Positions 36,208 to 47,400 of a stretch of DNA of 64,000 nucleotides are shown piece by piece. Numbering within the stretch: position 1 is the first letter of the stretch; each line of letters begins with the position of its first letter. The notes under the pieces were generated by a model. The model made no database searches. It was not told the DNA's origin and saw only the letters and a program-made list of their open reading frames with translations. The stretch spans positions 302,039 through 366,038 of the IMG/VR virus record IMGVR_UViG_3300020154_000003; one strand, given 5' to 3'. The translations under genes and the position numbers were made by a program.

Positions 36208-38418
36208 TTAATTCATCGTGATTATCCATTCATAATTGTTAACTAACACATATACCTCTTCCTTGGCACTTGCAGGAGTTCCGTCATTCGACCCTAAAAC
36301 AAATCCAGTAGGTGCTTGGAAAGTACCTGAAGGTGCTGAATTAGTACCACCAATATTCAGAGTTTTACTCCCTACAGGCCATTTCGCCCTGTTGGTGTAA
36401 ATATTATTTAATGTATTATCCACATTAGTTCCTGACATTCCATTGTTCTGTAGAAGGATATTATTCGGAAGAAAATTATTACTACCTATTTGAAAGGTAA
36501 TATTTAACGAACAATTGTCTCCAAAGAACCCTTTGTTTGTTGCACCGTAATTTATATATTCATGGTTTGTGATTGCTGTTAATGATGGACAACTATCAAA
36601 CTGAACGTTATTATTGAATTTACACGTAGCTTCGCTTGTAGGGAACGTTATCCTTTCCAAATTAAGTGAAGTATTTATCGCAAATGAAGAAATTCCTGCA
36701 GTGGAAGTGATACCCGATAAATTTAAGTGAGTAAGACCACAGTTTGATGCAGTAAAAAAAGCAACATTTTTCATAACAGATAAATCAATATCCAAGGACG
36801 AGCAATCATAGATATTTAAGGTGGAAATGTTTGTGGCATGTCCATTAAAATTTTCAATAGTTGTTAAACCTGTATTCCCTCTAACTACTAATTGACGAAG
36901 ATATAACCAAGGTTGTGCCTCTAAACCAGTTAGGTCTGGTAAATATAATGATCCCGATATTTTACAGTGGTTTAAATACAATTGTTGGAGATTTATTAAA
37001 TCACTGAAATCAGGATTTGCACCTAAACCATTAGCAGATACTTGTCCAGACGTGCCTGCGTCACCTAAGTGTAAATATAATAGGTTAGTATACCCATTTA
37101 TTTTACTTATTAAATCAGAATTCGTTACAATATCCAGTTTGTTATCATACGCAAATAGAGTTGTCAAAGATGATAAACCAGAAGGAAGAGTTAAATCTTC
37201 ACATTCCACTCCCTGAAGATGAAGTGTCGTTAATGCACCACCATTTAACCCACTTAAGTCAATATTAGCAAATCTATTAAGTTCACTTGCTGAAATACCT
37301 AATCGCAAATCCTTAAGTAGCGTTTGGGAATTGGTAAGAGTAAAATCACCAGTTATTCGATTACCATAGAGATATAATCCAATTAAAGAGGGTGATATAT
37401 CACCATTAGTAAAACTTTTTGTCCAAAGTCTATTGGATTGGTGTATTCCAAAAAATTCTAAATTACTTGAAGCCAACGCATCATTAAAAATACTATCTGG
37501 TGTTGATGCTACTGCAGCGTTGCATAACCACATGAAGAAAATGCGCCAATTATTGGCGGGCACTGTAGGGTAAGTTACACCAGTAAGATTAACCAATCCT
37601 AATGCTAACTCTTTTAGATTTGTCATATGAGCAATATCCAAATTACCACTCAAGGCATCATAAGTATTTAGGAAATTGGGACTTGGTGACCAATGACCAA
37701 ATTGAATGACTTCACAATTAACTGCATCTGAAAGGAAATTATTAATATTGTTTAATGGCGTAACACTCCCTATTTTAAATTTCTTAGTAGATGCGGGGGC
37801 TTTACCATTCAATGTACTTAAATTTAATAATTCAGTTAGTTCAATAGTTTCTATCTTACTTAAAGAATCAGCATTGAAATTTAGAGTATCAATCCACATC
37901 TCATTTAATGTTACATTCTTTAAATTTTCAAATCCCTTTAAATTTAATGTCAATGTGCCAGTGCCATTATTGTTAGTTGATGTTCTCCCTTGATTATTAG
38001 TTCTAGGTACAATTGATATTACTTCCACAATTCTAGGATCAGTAATAACAAATTTATATTTACGAGTTGCAGGTGTTAACACACTTGAACTAGTATATCG
38101 CCATCCTCGAAGTGTTGCATTTTTAGGTAGATATGTTTCATCAAATAATCTGTTTCCTATCTGATTTGCTTCGTTCCAACCACCAACCAATAATGGAACT
38201 GATTCGACCCCATATGTATCTAAAGTATTTGTCTGCGTATTGTCAGGTTTAGTACCACTAACATTTTCAATATCAAATAACATGAAACCACCACGAGATT
38301 GACTAGGCACAGGTACTATTTCACTACCTAAATAAAAATCAAAAAAACGATTAGTACTTGGTAGACCGTTACTTTCAACCTCAATTTGACCCTGATGTTT
38401 ACCTATAAATCCGAACAT
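36208..38418 (-). CDS. Leucine-rich-repeat protein A
   Basis: LxxLxxLxLxxN/C repeats (LINLQQLYLNHCKISG etc.); paralogue of the next gene. Confidence 0.8.
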   Translation of the reverse strand: MFGFIGKHQGQIEVESNGLPSTNRFFDFYLGSEIVPVPSQSRGGFMLFDIENVSGTKPDNTQTNTLDTYGVESVPLLVGGWNEANQIGNRLFDETYLPKNATLRGWRYTSSSVLTPATRKYKFVITDPRIVEVISIVPRTNNQGRTSTNNNGTGTLTLNLKGFENLKNVTLNEMWIDTLNFNADSLSKIETIELTELLNLSTLNGKAPASTKKFKIGSVTPLNNINNFLSDAVNCEVIQFGHWSPSPNFLNTYDALSGNLDIAHMTNLKELALGLVNLTGVTYPTVPANNWRIFFMWLCNAAVASTPDSIFNDALASSNLEFFGIHQSNRLWTKSFTNGDISPSLIGLYLYGNRITGDFTLTNSQTLLKDLRLGISASELNRFANIDLSGLNGGALTTLHLQGVECEDLTLPSGLSSLTTLFAYDNKLDIVTNSDLISKINGYTNLLYLHLGDAGTSGQVSANGLGANPDFSDLINLQQLYLNHCKISGSLYLPDLTGLEAQPWLYLRQLVVRGNTGLTTIENFNGHATNISTLNIYDCSSLDIDLSVMKNVAFFTASNCGLTHLNLSGITSTAGISSFAINTSLNLERITFPTSEATCKFNNNVQFDSCPSLTAITNHEYINYGATNKGFFGDNCSLNITFQIGSNNFLPNNILLQNNGMSGTNVDNTLNNIYTNRAKWPVGSKTLNIGGTNSAPSGTFQAPTGFVLGSNDGTPASAKEEVYVLVNNYEWIITMN

Positions 38419-38419
38419 A

Positions 38420-40648
38420 TTAATTCATCGTTATTGTCCACGCATAATTATTTACTAATACGTAAACTTGTTCTTTAGCACTCGCAGGAGTACCATCATT
38501 TGATCCCAATATAAATCCGGTAGGGGCTTGGTAAATTCCGGTTGGAGTGGCATTTGTTCCTCCAATATTCATACTTCTAGCTACACTCACATTAAAAAAA
38601 CTCCATTTAGACCTATTTGTGTATAAATTATTTATTGTAGCATCAACATTAGTAAGATTTATTCCATTATCTTGGATAAGAATATTTGTTGGTATAAAAT
38701 TATTTGTTCCAAACGGGAATGTCATATCTAAATTACAACCATTGAAATGGAATAAGGCTGGTACGGCTGGACTGTTGTAATTAACGTTTTCTAAATTTAT
38801 TATTGTTGTTAATCCAGTACAACCAATACCACTAAACGCATGACTATTAGTGAATCTACTACGTGCTTCAGTTGTCGGCATAACCAATTCAGTTATTGGA
38901 GTATTATCAATAATAATAGCAGTAAATTGTGAAGTACTTGTTTTACCACTTAAATTCAACGAGGATAATTGAGTATCAATTGCACGTATATCTGTCAATG
39001 AGGTAAAAGTACTTGGTATTGATGCATCCAATTGAATACATCCATTACATCTGAACGATAATAACCCTGTGTGGGCTGTAAAATTGACTAAATTAGTTAA
39101 GCCAGTATTAAATCCAACGCCAATATGTTGTAATTTGTTTACGTTAGGCAGTATCCAATTACCACCTATCTTACAACTACCTATCATCAGAGTAGTCATA
39201 TTTATCAATCCACTCAAATCGCCATCATCACCTAATCCATCAGAAGTTTGAGAAAAATATGAATTACTTGCAGTATTTACATTATTTGAAAATGATAATT
39301 CGGTTAAAGATGAGTAACCGTTAATTTTAGTTAATAAATCAGGAGTTGTGGTTATAGATAATTCATTATCATATAAAACCAAGTCTTGAATAAATGGTAG
39401 TGTATTGGGTAATGTTATGTTACTACATAACACACCCGGAATATGTAATGATCTTAATTCTCCACCATCCAGACCACTTATGTCAATATTGTCAAATCTA
39501 TTAGTTTCACTTTGATTTAAACCAACTCTAAAATCACGTAAGGTAGAACGTGATTCAGTAATACTTATATCACCAGTCCAATTATTACCATAACAATAAA
39601 ATGCTAATAAATTTGATGAAATTTCATTATGTGTTATATTTTTACTATACGTTTTATTATTACTAATAAAAACCATACACCTCAAATTCGGGCTATTAGT
39701 AATAATTTCTTCAAAAACATTCATATTGAATGAAGATGAAGCACTAGCAGAGAGATTTTGAATATGTACCCAACTCCAATCTGTTTTACCACTCGGCAAG
39801 ACCAAAGAAGTCATATTAGTATTCGTTGATATAAGGAACTCTTTCAAATTAGTCATATGACTAACATCTAAAACACCCCTCAATGTAGTTGTACCTACTG
39901 CAGGACTAGATATTAAGCCAGAATACAATCCAAACACTAATGCACGAGCATTTGTGGCTTCTGACAAGAGAGTAGTTACCCCTGTTAAATTACATTGTGC
40001 TAGAACAATACTTTCAACAGTTGAAGGGATTTGTCCAGTTACACCAGTCAGACCTAACGTCTCTCTAAGTTGAAAATGTATTAATTTTGGATTATTAAAC
40101 TTAAAATTTACTCTTGTGATAAATGATTCGTGTATATCAACAGCCTCTAAATTGGGAAATTGCCTCATATCCAAATCAATTTCACCAACCAAATTGTTTA
40201 TTGTAGCTTGAGGTGTTGAATTTAGTAAGTGAGCAAATTGTACCAAAACAGTTTCATGATATGGAAGTATTGTTTTAATTTTTCTGGTTGGTGGAGAAAA
40301 TGCCGCACTTGAACTATGACGGAAATATCGAATCTCAGTATTTGTGTAAACAAATGTGTATTCCATTGAATAGTTTATACCCCCTATTTGAGCACCGCCA
40401 GCAAAAATTTGAACCCTAGCTGGTAATAGTGTTTTTGGATTGCCATCATAAGCGGTTAATACAGTAGATAATAATGCTTGTAAATTCGGATTCGTTCCAC
40501 TAACATCATCAAAATCAAATATATAACGAGCATTAATTCCCCCGTATTTACTTCCATGTCGAGATGCAATATCTCGATTAGAACCATTGACAATGCCGTT
40601 GGCTTCCTGTATAATAAAACATGTTGGTGTTCCTTTAAATCCAAACAT
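38420..40648 (-). CDS. Leucine-rich-repeat protein B
   Basis: LRRs; C-terminus QAPTGFILGSNDGTPASAKEQVYVLVNNY.W.ITMN nearly identical to LRR A. Confidence 0.8.
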   Translation of the reverse strand: MFGFKGTPTCFIIQEANGIVNGSNRDIASRHGSKYGGINARYIFDFDDVSGTNPNLQALLSTVLTAYDGNPKTLLPARVQIFAGGAQIGGINYSMEYTFVYTNTEIRYFRHSSSAAFSPPTRKIKTILPYHETVLVQFAHLLNSTPQATINNLVGEIDLDMRQFPNLEAVDIHESFITRVNFKFNNPKLIHFQLRETLGLTGVTGQIPSTVESIVLAQCNLTGVTTLLSEATNARALVFGLYSGLISSPAVGTTTLRGVLDVSHMTNLKEFLISTNTNMTSLVLPSGKTDWSWVHIQNLSASASSSFNMNVFEEIITNSPNLRCMVFISNNKTYSKNITHNEISSNLLAFYCYGNNWTGDISITESRSTLRDFRVGLNQSETNRFDNIDISGLDGGELRSLHIPGVLCSNITLPNTLPFIQDLVLYDNELSITTTPDLLTKINGYSSLTELSFSNNVNTASNSYFSQTSDGLGDDGDLSGLINMTTLMIGSCKIGGNWILPNVNKLQHIGVGFNTGLTNLVNFTAHTGLLSFRCNGCIQLDASIPSTFTSLTDIRAIDTQLSSLNLSGKTSTSQFTAIIIDNTPITELVMPTTEARSRFTNSHAFSGIGCTGLTTIINLENVNYNSPAVPALFHFNGCNLDMTFPFGTNNFIPTNILIQDNGINLTNVDATINNLYTNRSKWSFFNVSVARSMNIGGTNATPTGIYQAPTGFILGSNDGTPASAKEQVYVLVNNYAWTITMN

Positions 40649-40656
40649 TTCATAAA

Positions 40657-43600
40657 TTAATTAGACTGCATATCAGGAGTGGTCACAACATCTAACCTAC
40701 CACCATTCATGCATATTGCAGTTATTATATCTTCTGAATGCGCTGGAGAACTACCATTTGTTGTTGGATTAGTAAGTACAGGAGTAGTTCCGAATGGGAA
40801 TCTATAACGACCACTAGCCCAAGTAAATGATTTGTTTGATGTATCCATTATAATCTTAAACATATACTGTTTACCAATTGTTTCACCAGTATAATTGAAC
40901 GATGTTACGTTACCAGTAACATTAAGTAAGAATATATCGGCAGTTGTAAGGTCTACTACAACATTTCCAGCAACACTACCGCTAAATACAACTAGAGTTG
41001 GTGTTATTTGACTGGTTATACCTGTCACATAATTCACATCAACCAACGAATGTTTGGTGAAACCAGTTGCATAATTACCTTTATATTCAATACCTGCTTT
41101 TATCGCTCTACCATCAGTAAATGTAGTACCTGTTTTAGTGATAATGAATCTAGCAAGTTCATCATCATCATTGTTTCTAAAAGTAACATCAAATCCGTAT
41201 GGTGAGAACAACACATCATTAGCAGTGCCATCATCTTCAATGATTTGTTGAAGTACTTGAGGTTGCTCATCTGGTTTATCGTATTGATTTGCATTACTTA
41301 CGTCTAAATGTGCATACCTACCGAAGTTATTCCCGTTGGCAGTCGCTTCAATACCTGAACTACGAACTTTAAATTCATTATATTTATCTGTCAAATCATC
41401 AAAGCTGATGGTCGTTCCATTAAAGTGTTTTACTTCAAAAGAAGTTGAACCCATCGTAAAACCATCATCATATTCAGTTGTTACCGAAAGAGCAGCATTA
41501 AAAGCACTGTTACCGAACGTAACTGTACTGCTATGACTCAAACTAGTTGAGTCTAACGAAGTATCACCACTCAATGAACCACCCAATATTATCACACCAT
41601 TATTGTCTGTCAAACCATTACCAACAAGAATGCTAGTACTACCACCAGTTAACGTGGAAGTTATGCCAGTTACATAAGCAACATCAGGTATTGATCTGGC
41701 AGTATATAATTCATGTAGATTTTCATTATACTCAATGACAGCATTTCGCATCACTAATTTACCAGCATCAAGTAATCCATTTTCGTCTAATCGGTAAAGT
41801 CCTGTATTTAATGTTTTGGGATCGTGGTATGTATATCCGTTTAATAATATCTTATTTTCAGGCAGTAATGAGACAAACCCACCAGTTAGACTTATACTAC
41901 CACCACCGTATCCTAATTTGAAATCATGGTTAATAGTACCATCGATATTCAAGTTTATTAAATTACCTCCTTGTCCATTTTCATCTGATAGATTATTACC
42001 ATTATATCTATTAAATGCTCCCGATGCTAAAATAGTACCGTTTGGCAACCAACATACTTTACTTACCTCAGTAGATGGTATATGAAATGTATATGTAAAA
42101 CCAGTACCCGGATCAAAACTACCCACATTAGTTCCACCACTAGTTATAAGCTTTAATCTAGGATTATTGAATCTGGCAATAATAACTTCACCAGTCTCTT
42201 GATTAACATCAAACCACATACCTCTTTCACCGTCAGAAAGAACATTAAAACCAGCAACTCTCGAACCGTCTGAATTTAATTTTGTAAAACCCGGAGAAAA
42301 CACACCATCATAATAATTATACGCACCGCAGGCATATATTGATCCACCAGACAATTGAAATACTCTCTCAACCCAACTATTGGCTGTTCCACCTGCGCCA
42401 CCCCATCTAAATCCACTACCATAAGTAAATCCTGTATCAACACCCCCATTCTCATTTAGACGAACAATACTCCATGCACTAGTCCCATCAAATTCTGTGA
42501 AAGTACCACCTACAAGAATCTTATCATCATCCTGTACGAAGATTGAATAAACAGAACCGTTAAAACCAGTACCGCCTGAGAAAGTAGCGTCATAACTACC
42601 ATCTGAATTCAATCTAGCTATTCTATTTACCGTATTTCCATCAATTTGAGTAAAATCTCCACCAATAATTATCTTACCATCTTGTTGCACATCGACAGCC
42701 CTTATTGTGTTATTAATGGAGGCAGGGTTAAAATCACCACTATTAGTACCATTTTCAATTAAGACTGTTATATATTTTTTAGTTAAATCGGTATTCCATG
42801 ATGTGAAATTACCTACAACAATCACTTTATATGCTCCATCACTCGGAAATTGTGGATCAATAACTTTAGTTTGAGAAACATAGCCAGAATTTCCACCTAG
42901 ACCAATATTAAATCCACTTTCAACATCGAAAAATAACCCCATTCCGTAATTTTGTAGCTGAAGTCTACTACTAGCGATATTAATTTCAGTATGTCCTTCA
43001 AGGGTTCCTCCGAGTCCAAAGTTTCCTGTACCACCTGTGTTCACTGTTCTAACCAATCCATTACTAGCGGTTTCACCTTGAGATATTACCCAAGCCTTAT
43101 CAACTAATGATCTATCAACATAATTTTCTGAATAATCAGCATCATAGATTGCAGCACTTCCACCGATAATGATTTGATCAATCACTGGAATAGTCCCAAT
43201 ATTTACTTCTCCATTACTTTTGAATCTAAAAACACCGGGATTGTTTAAATTAACATCTGTTGCGTATGTACCAGCATAAATAAAACCATCTGAATTTTCT
43301 ATAATAGTATACGAGTAAATCTGTGAATCCAGAGAGTCTCCAAAATTTAACTCATGTATACCATCAGCAGATAATTTACACAAATACTTAGTAGCCGTAC
43401 CGTTATAATTTTGAAAACTACCTGCAACAAGTATTTTATCACCTTCGGTGAGTTTCATTGCATTTATATCATTATCAAAACCAGTACCACTAGAGAAAGT
43501 AGTGTCATATGTGCCATCCTCATTAAGTCTATGAATACGACCTGTATGTCCTTCAAAAGTTGAGAACTCACCTCCTATGATCAATTTTCCTGATGACTGT

Positions 43601-44409
43601 TGTAAAATACCTCTAAAATAGCCTCCAGATGATCCTGTAACTATGTTTGCACTAAAAGTTGTATCTACGCTACCATCACTATTCAATCTAGCGATACCTA
43701 ATGCAGGTGTCGAATTAACTGCTTCAAAATAACCTCCAACAACAATTTTACCATCTTCTTGTATGCAAATAGCCGACACTTCACTATCAAAACCACTTCC
43801 AAGGTTGGTCATAAATGAGGTATCTTGAGTACCATCTGAATTCAGCTTAACAAAATGGCTACTAGAATTACCGTTAAAATCATCAAACCATCCACCAACA
43901 AATATTTCTCCGCTTTCAGACTTAGCTATACAGTTAGCATAATTACCCACACCACATGCAGTGCCAATAGCAGTGTTAAAATCAGTATCTAAAGTACCAT
44001 CAGCATTTAATCTAGTGAACCCATTTGTTGTTGTTCCATTAAATTCACTAAAGTAACCACCTATTAGTATTTTATCATCGTTTTGCATTGCAACACACAA
44101 ACCGTCACTGTCAAATCCAGTTCCCGTATTTGTTGTAAATGTGGCATCAAGTTCACCAGTCGCACTTACTTTTTGTATTCCGTAACCAGTCTCAACGCCA
44201 TTCCATGATGAATCTTCACTAGCCATTATTACACTACCATCCGCTTGAAGACCAAAACCATACGCAGTACTAAAATTAAGACCAGTACCGGGGACAAAGA
44301 ATGTCTCGCCTCTAAATGTAATTGTTGATGCTGATTTACCTATTGTTAGGTCATTTTCATGACCGTGATAAAATTTACTGTTATCTAGTAATTGTTTTGT
44401 TATTAACAT
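40657..44409 (-). CDS. Tail fibre/appendage protein with two delta-60-type beta-propellers
   Basis: Repeats of QxDGKI(L/V)(V/I)GGxF...RLNxDGxxDxxF; FTKHSLVDVNYVTGITS connector. Confidence 0.75.
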   Translation of the reverse strand: MLITKQLLDNSKFYHGHENDLTIGKSASTITFRGETFFVPGTGLNFSTAYGFGLQADGSVIMASEDSSWNGVETGYGIQKVSATGELDATFTTNTGTGFDSDGLCVAMQNDDKILIGGYFSEFNGTTTNGFTRLNADGTLDTDFNTAIGTACGVGNYANCIAKSESGEIFVGGWFDDFNGNSSSHFVKLNSDGTQDTSFMTNLGSGFDSEVSAICIQEDGKIVVGGYFEAVNSTPALGIARLNSDGSVDTTFSANIVTGSSGGYFRGILQQSSGKLIIGGEFSTFEGHTGRIHRLNEDGTYDTTFSSGTGFDNDINAMKLTEGDKILVAGSFQNYNGTATKYLCKLSADGIHELNFGDSLDSQIYSYTIIENSDGFIYAGTYATDVNLNNPGVFRFKSNGEVNIGTIPVIDQIIIGGSAAIYDADYSENYVDRSLVDKAWVISQGETASNGLVRTVNTGGTGNFGLGGTLEGHTEINIASSRLQLQNYGMGLFFDVESGFNIGLGGNSGYVSQTKVIDPQFPSDGAYKVIVVGNFTSWNTDLTKKYITVLIENGTNSGDFNPASINNTIRAVDVQQDGKIIIGGDFTQIDGNTVNRIARLNSDGSYDATFSGGTGFNGSVYSIFVQDDDKILVGGTFTEFDGTSAWSIVRLNENGGVDTGFTYGSGFRWGGAGGTANSWVERVFQLSGGSIYACGAYNYYDGVFSPGFTKLNSDGSRVAGFNVLSDGERGMWFDVNQETGEVIIARFNNPRLKLITSGGTNVGSFDPGTGFTYTFHIPSTEVSKVCWLPNGTILASGAFNRYNGNNLSDENGQGGNLINLNIDGTINHDFKLGYGGGSISLTGGFVSLLPENKILLNGYTYHDPKTLNTGLYRLDENGLLDAGKLVMRNAVIEYNENLHELYTARSIPDVAYVTGITSTLTGGSTSILVGNGLTDNNGVIILGGSLSGDTSLDSTSLSHSSTVTFGNSAFNAALSVTTEYDDGFTMGSTSFEVKHFNGTTISFDDLTDKYNEFKVRSSGIEATANGNNFGRYAHLDVSNANQYDKPDEQPQVLQQIIEDDGTANDVLFSPYGFDVTFRNNDDDELARFIITKTGTTFTDGRAIKAGIEYKGNYATGFTKHSLVDVNYVTGITSQITPTLVVFSGSVAGNVVVDLTTADIFLLNVTGNVTSFNYTGETIGKQYMFKIIMDTSNKSFTWASGRYRFPFGTTPVLTNPTTNGSSPAHSEDIITAICMNGGRLDVVTTPDMQSN

Positions 44410-47400
44410 TTTTTTATTTTATATAAATACTTAAATTATTATCCTAATATGGTGCCGCCCATCCAATTTATACCGTTATACACTAACATAATTGACGTAT
44501 AATTTGCGTTAATTATCGCTGTTGAACTTCCATTAATTAAATACCCATTACCATCAACAGTTATATTATTATCTAACGCACCACCTATTGCATCGCAAAT
44601 ATAAATCTGCTGTTTAAAAGTAGGCGATGGCGGTAAGTAAATAACTCCTGCGGTATCCCCAAAATAGTGAATGAAATGAGATGACGTTGACGCTGTAAAG
44701 GATGAGCCAGTTACAATCTCCAAACCAACTACATTTACTGCAATCCCTGATGTTATGCCAGTTACGTAGTTAACATCCACCAATGAATGTTTCGTAAAAC
44801 CTGACGATAGATCAGTAACATAACGGAACTTCTGTGTCGATAATAATTCAGGATGTACAACAAAATATTCTTCAAAATCAGAATAATTGCGCTTAAATAT
44901 TGGATTTTCCTGTACTCCACTATTGATATACATTAGAGTATCAAATACAAAAACCATATTATTAGGGTTGTTATCTGAACCTGTATGTTGATCAATATAA
45001 TTACCATTCAAATCTACCCTAACCATTTGAGATTTAGATGACATGAATATATGATAGTCTTCATTTACGAATACATTACTATATGTACCAATACTTGGTA
45101 CTTGAGCAACGTTCGTATTGAATTCTTCATCGAATACTCCTGTCGCATCAACAACCATAAGGCCAGTATTCACCGATGAACTTCCATATGTTGAAAATGA
45201 ACCTGATAGTAAAAATCTATCAGTACTATCCAATTTTATAATTGAAGAAACTTGTCCATCAAATATTTCAGGAATAAATGTTTCACTTATTGTCCCATCT
45301 GTATTTAAAGCAACTATATAAGGAGTGCTTAACGTATTTCCACTATACTCAGTAAAAGCCCCAACAACTATAAGAGTATCATCATTTAATACCGCAAAAT
45401 CATATGGAGTGTCATTAAATCCAGCACCAGTATCAAAAGTATTATCTAAAGTACCATCTGTGTTTACTCTTCTTATATAAGTCACACCACTTACGGATTC
45501 AGTTATTCTTATGTAAAGTTTACCATCACTCAAACCTAACACTTTACCCACATTATGGATAGATTCACCACTTAAATAAAACGTAAAACCAGTATCAACA
45601 GTACCATCATGTAATAATTTAACAAGACAAGTACATTGGAAGCTATTAAAACTGTTAAATACACCATACACATAAATGTTTTCATCGTCATCAACAAAAA
45701 TACCTGAAATATTATTCGATGGGCCTGAACCAATATTGCTTGAGAAATTTTCATTTATAACTCCATCACCACTTAATAATGCTATACCACTTGAATTAAT
45801 ATCGTTAACGTCAGTAAATGCACCTGAGATCAAAAGATCACCTGTTGAGGGTATTCTTGCCATCCTATTGATACTTGCATTGACAGAAATATAATTGAAC
45901 TGGTTTAGTTTTTCATATGATGTTGAAATAGTCTTTGACGTTTCAGAATAATCACGGAAATTTAAATGGAAACCATCATTAACTTTATCTAAAGTTAACG
46001 TAACTACATCACCAGAAATGGCTGTTTGACCTGTCAATTCACCACCCAAAACCACCGTGTCAAGAGCACGTTTAACGCCATTATCTGCCAGATTAAGTAA
46101 GTTGCTCGTTAAACCAGTTACATAGTTAACATCGGCAATACTATGTTTTGTAAATCCTGACGAATAATCAGAATTATAGTTCATTTTATCATTTAGAGTA
46201 ATATTTTCTAAAGGAAAATCTGCTTCAAGACCAGTATCTGAAAGTAATGCCAAGTTAATACACGAATTTCCTTGATATGTCGTAAATGCCCCTCCAACTA
46301 GATATTGAACTGGTGAAGAATCCACTTTTTCAATTACTTTTGGCCCTCCACTAAAACCAAACGCAGCATTGAAGCCAGTACCAATATTAAATGTATTATC
46401 ACGAGTACCATTACTATTCAAACGAACAATTCTATTTGTTGTTGTTCCTGATAAAATAGTAAATCTACCAACTGCAATAATTTTAGTACTATCTACTAAC
46501 ACATCATGTACTGTATGAATAACACTGCTACTAAAACCAGCATCCATATCAAAGGTATTGTCAACACTACCATCAGTATTTAAGCGAATTAATTTATTAT
46601 AACCAGTAACCCCGCTATATGAAGAAAAACTACCACCCACCAAAATTTTATCATCTGGTTGAATTTCAATCACAAATACTGTGCTATTAAAACCAGCACC
46701 AGCATCAAATGTATTATCAACACTACCATCAGTATTTAAGCGAATTATTCTATTGAATCCAGTAACACCACTGTATGAAGTAAAATTACCACCAACCAAA
46801 ATTTTATCATCAGATTGAATCTTAATTGTATTCACTGTACCATTAAAACCAACACCGACATCAAATGTGTCATCAATACTCCCATCATTATTTAATCTAA
46901 CAATACGATTAGATGTGACTCCATCATAACTAGTAAAATCACCACCAACCAGAACTTTACTGCCGACAACTAATTCATCTACTTCAATAATATTCACATC
47001 ACCATTAAAACCATCACCAACAATGAAGGTATTATCGAATGCAAGACTAGAATCGTTTAATCTTAGTATTCTATTTTGCGTTGAGGCATTAAATGTTGTT
47101 GAGAATCCACCACCAACATAAAGACCATCAGTAGTCCTCGCCAATGTTTTTATATTTGATATATTTACCGATCTTTCAAGATTATATTGTGTATCATACT
47201 TTAAAAGTGTTATGTCGTTTCCAACATAGATGGCCGCACCGTATGATAATATTGCTAATACTTCACCGCTACTATAAAATTTACTATTTAATTGAATTCC
47301 CTTACTATATGAGTTCCAAAGATTGAATTGGGATGACTTCTGTGTAAAAATACCATCACTAGCTATAGTTGTCGATTCGGTTAACTCCCCACCAATTTTA

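Noticed and set aside
36208-38590. DGR template/variable repeat pair at the LRR gene 3' ends
   Set aside because: Differences are mostly synonymous third-position changes of all types, not adenine-specific; both copies are coding; no reverse transcriptase in the window
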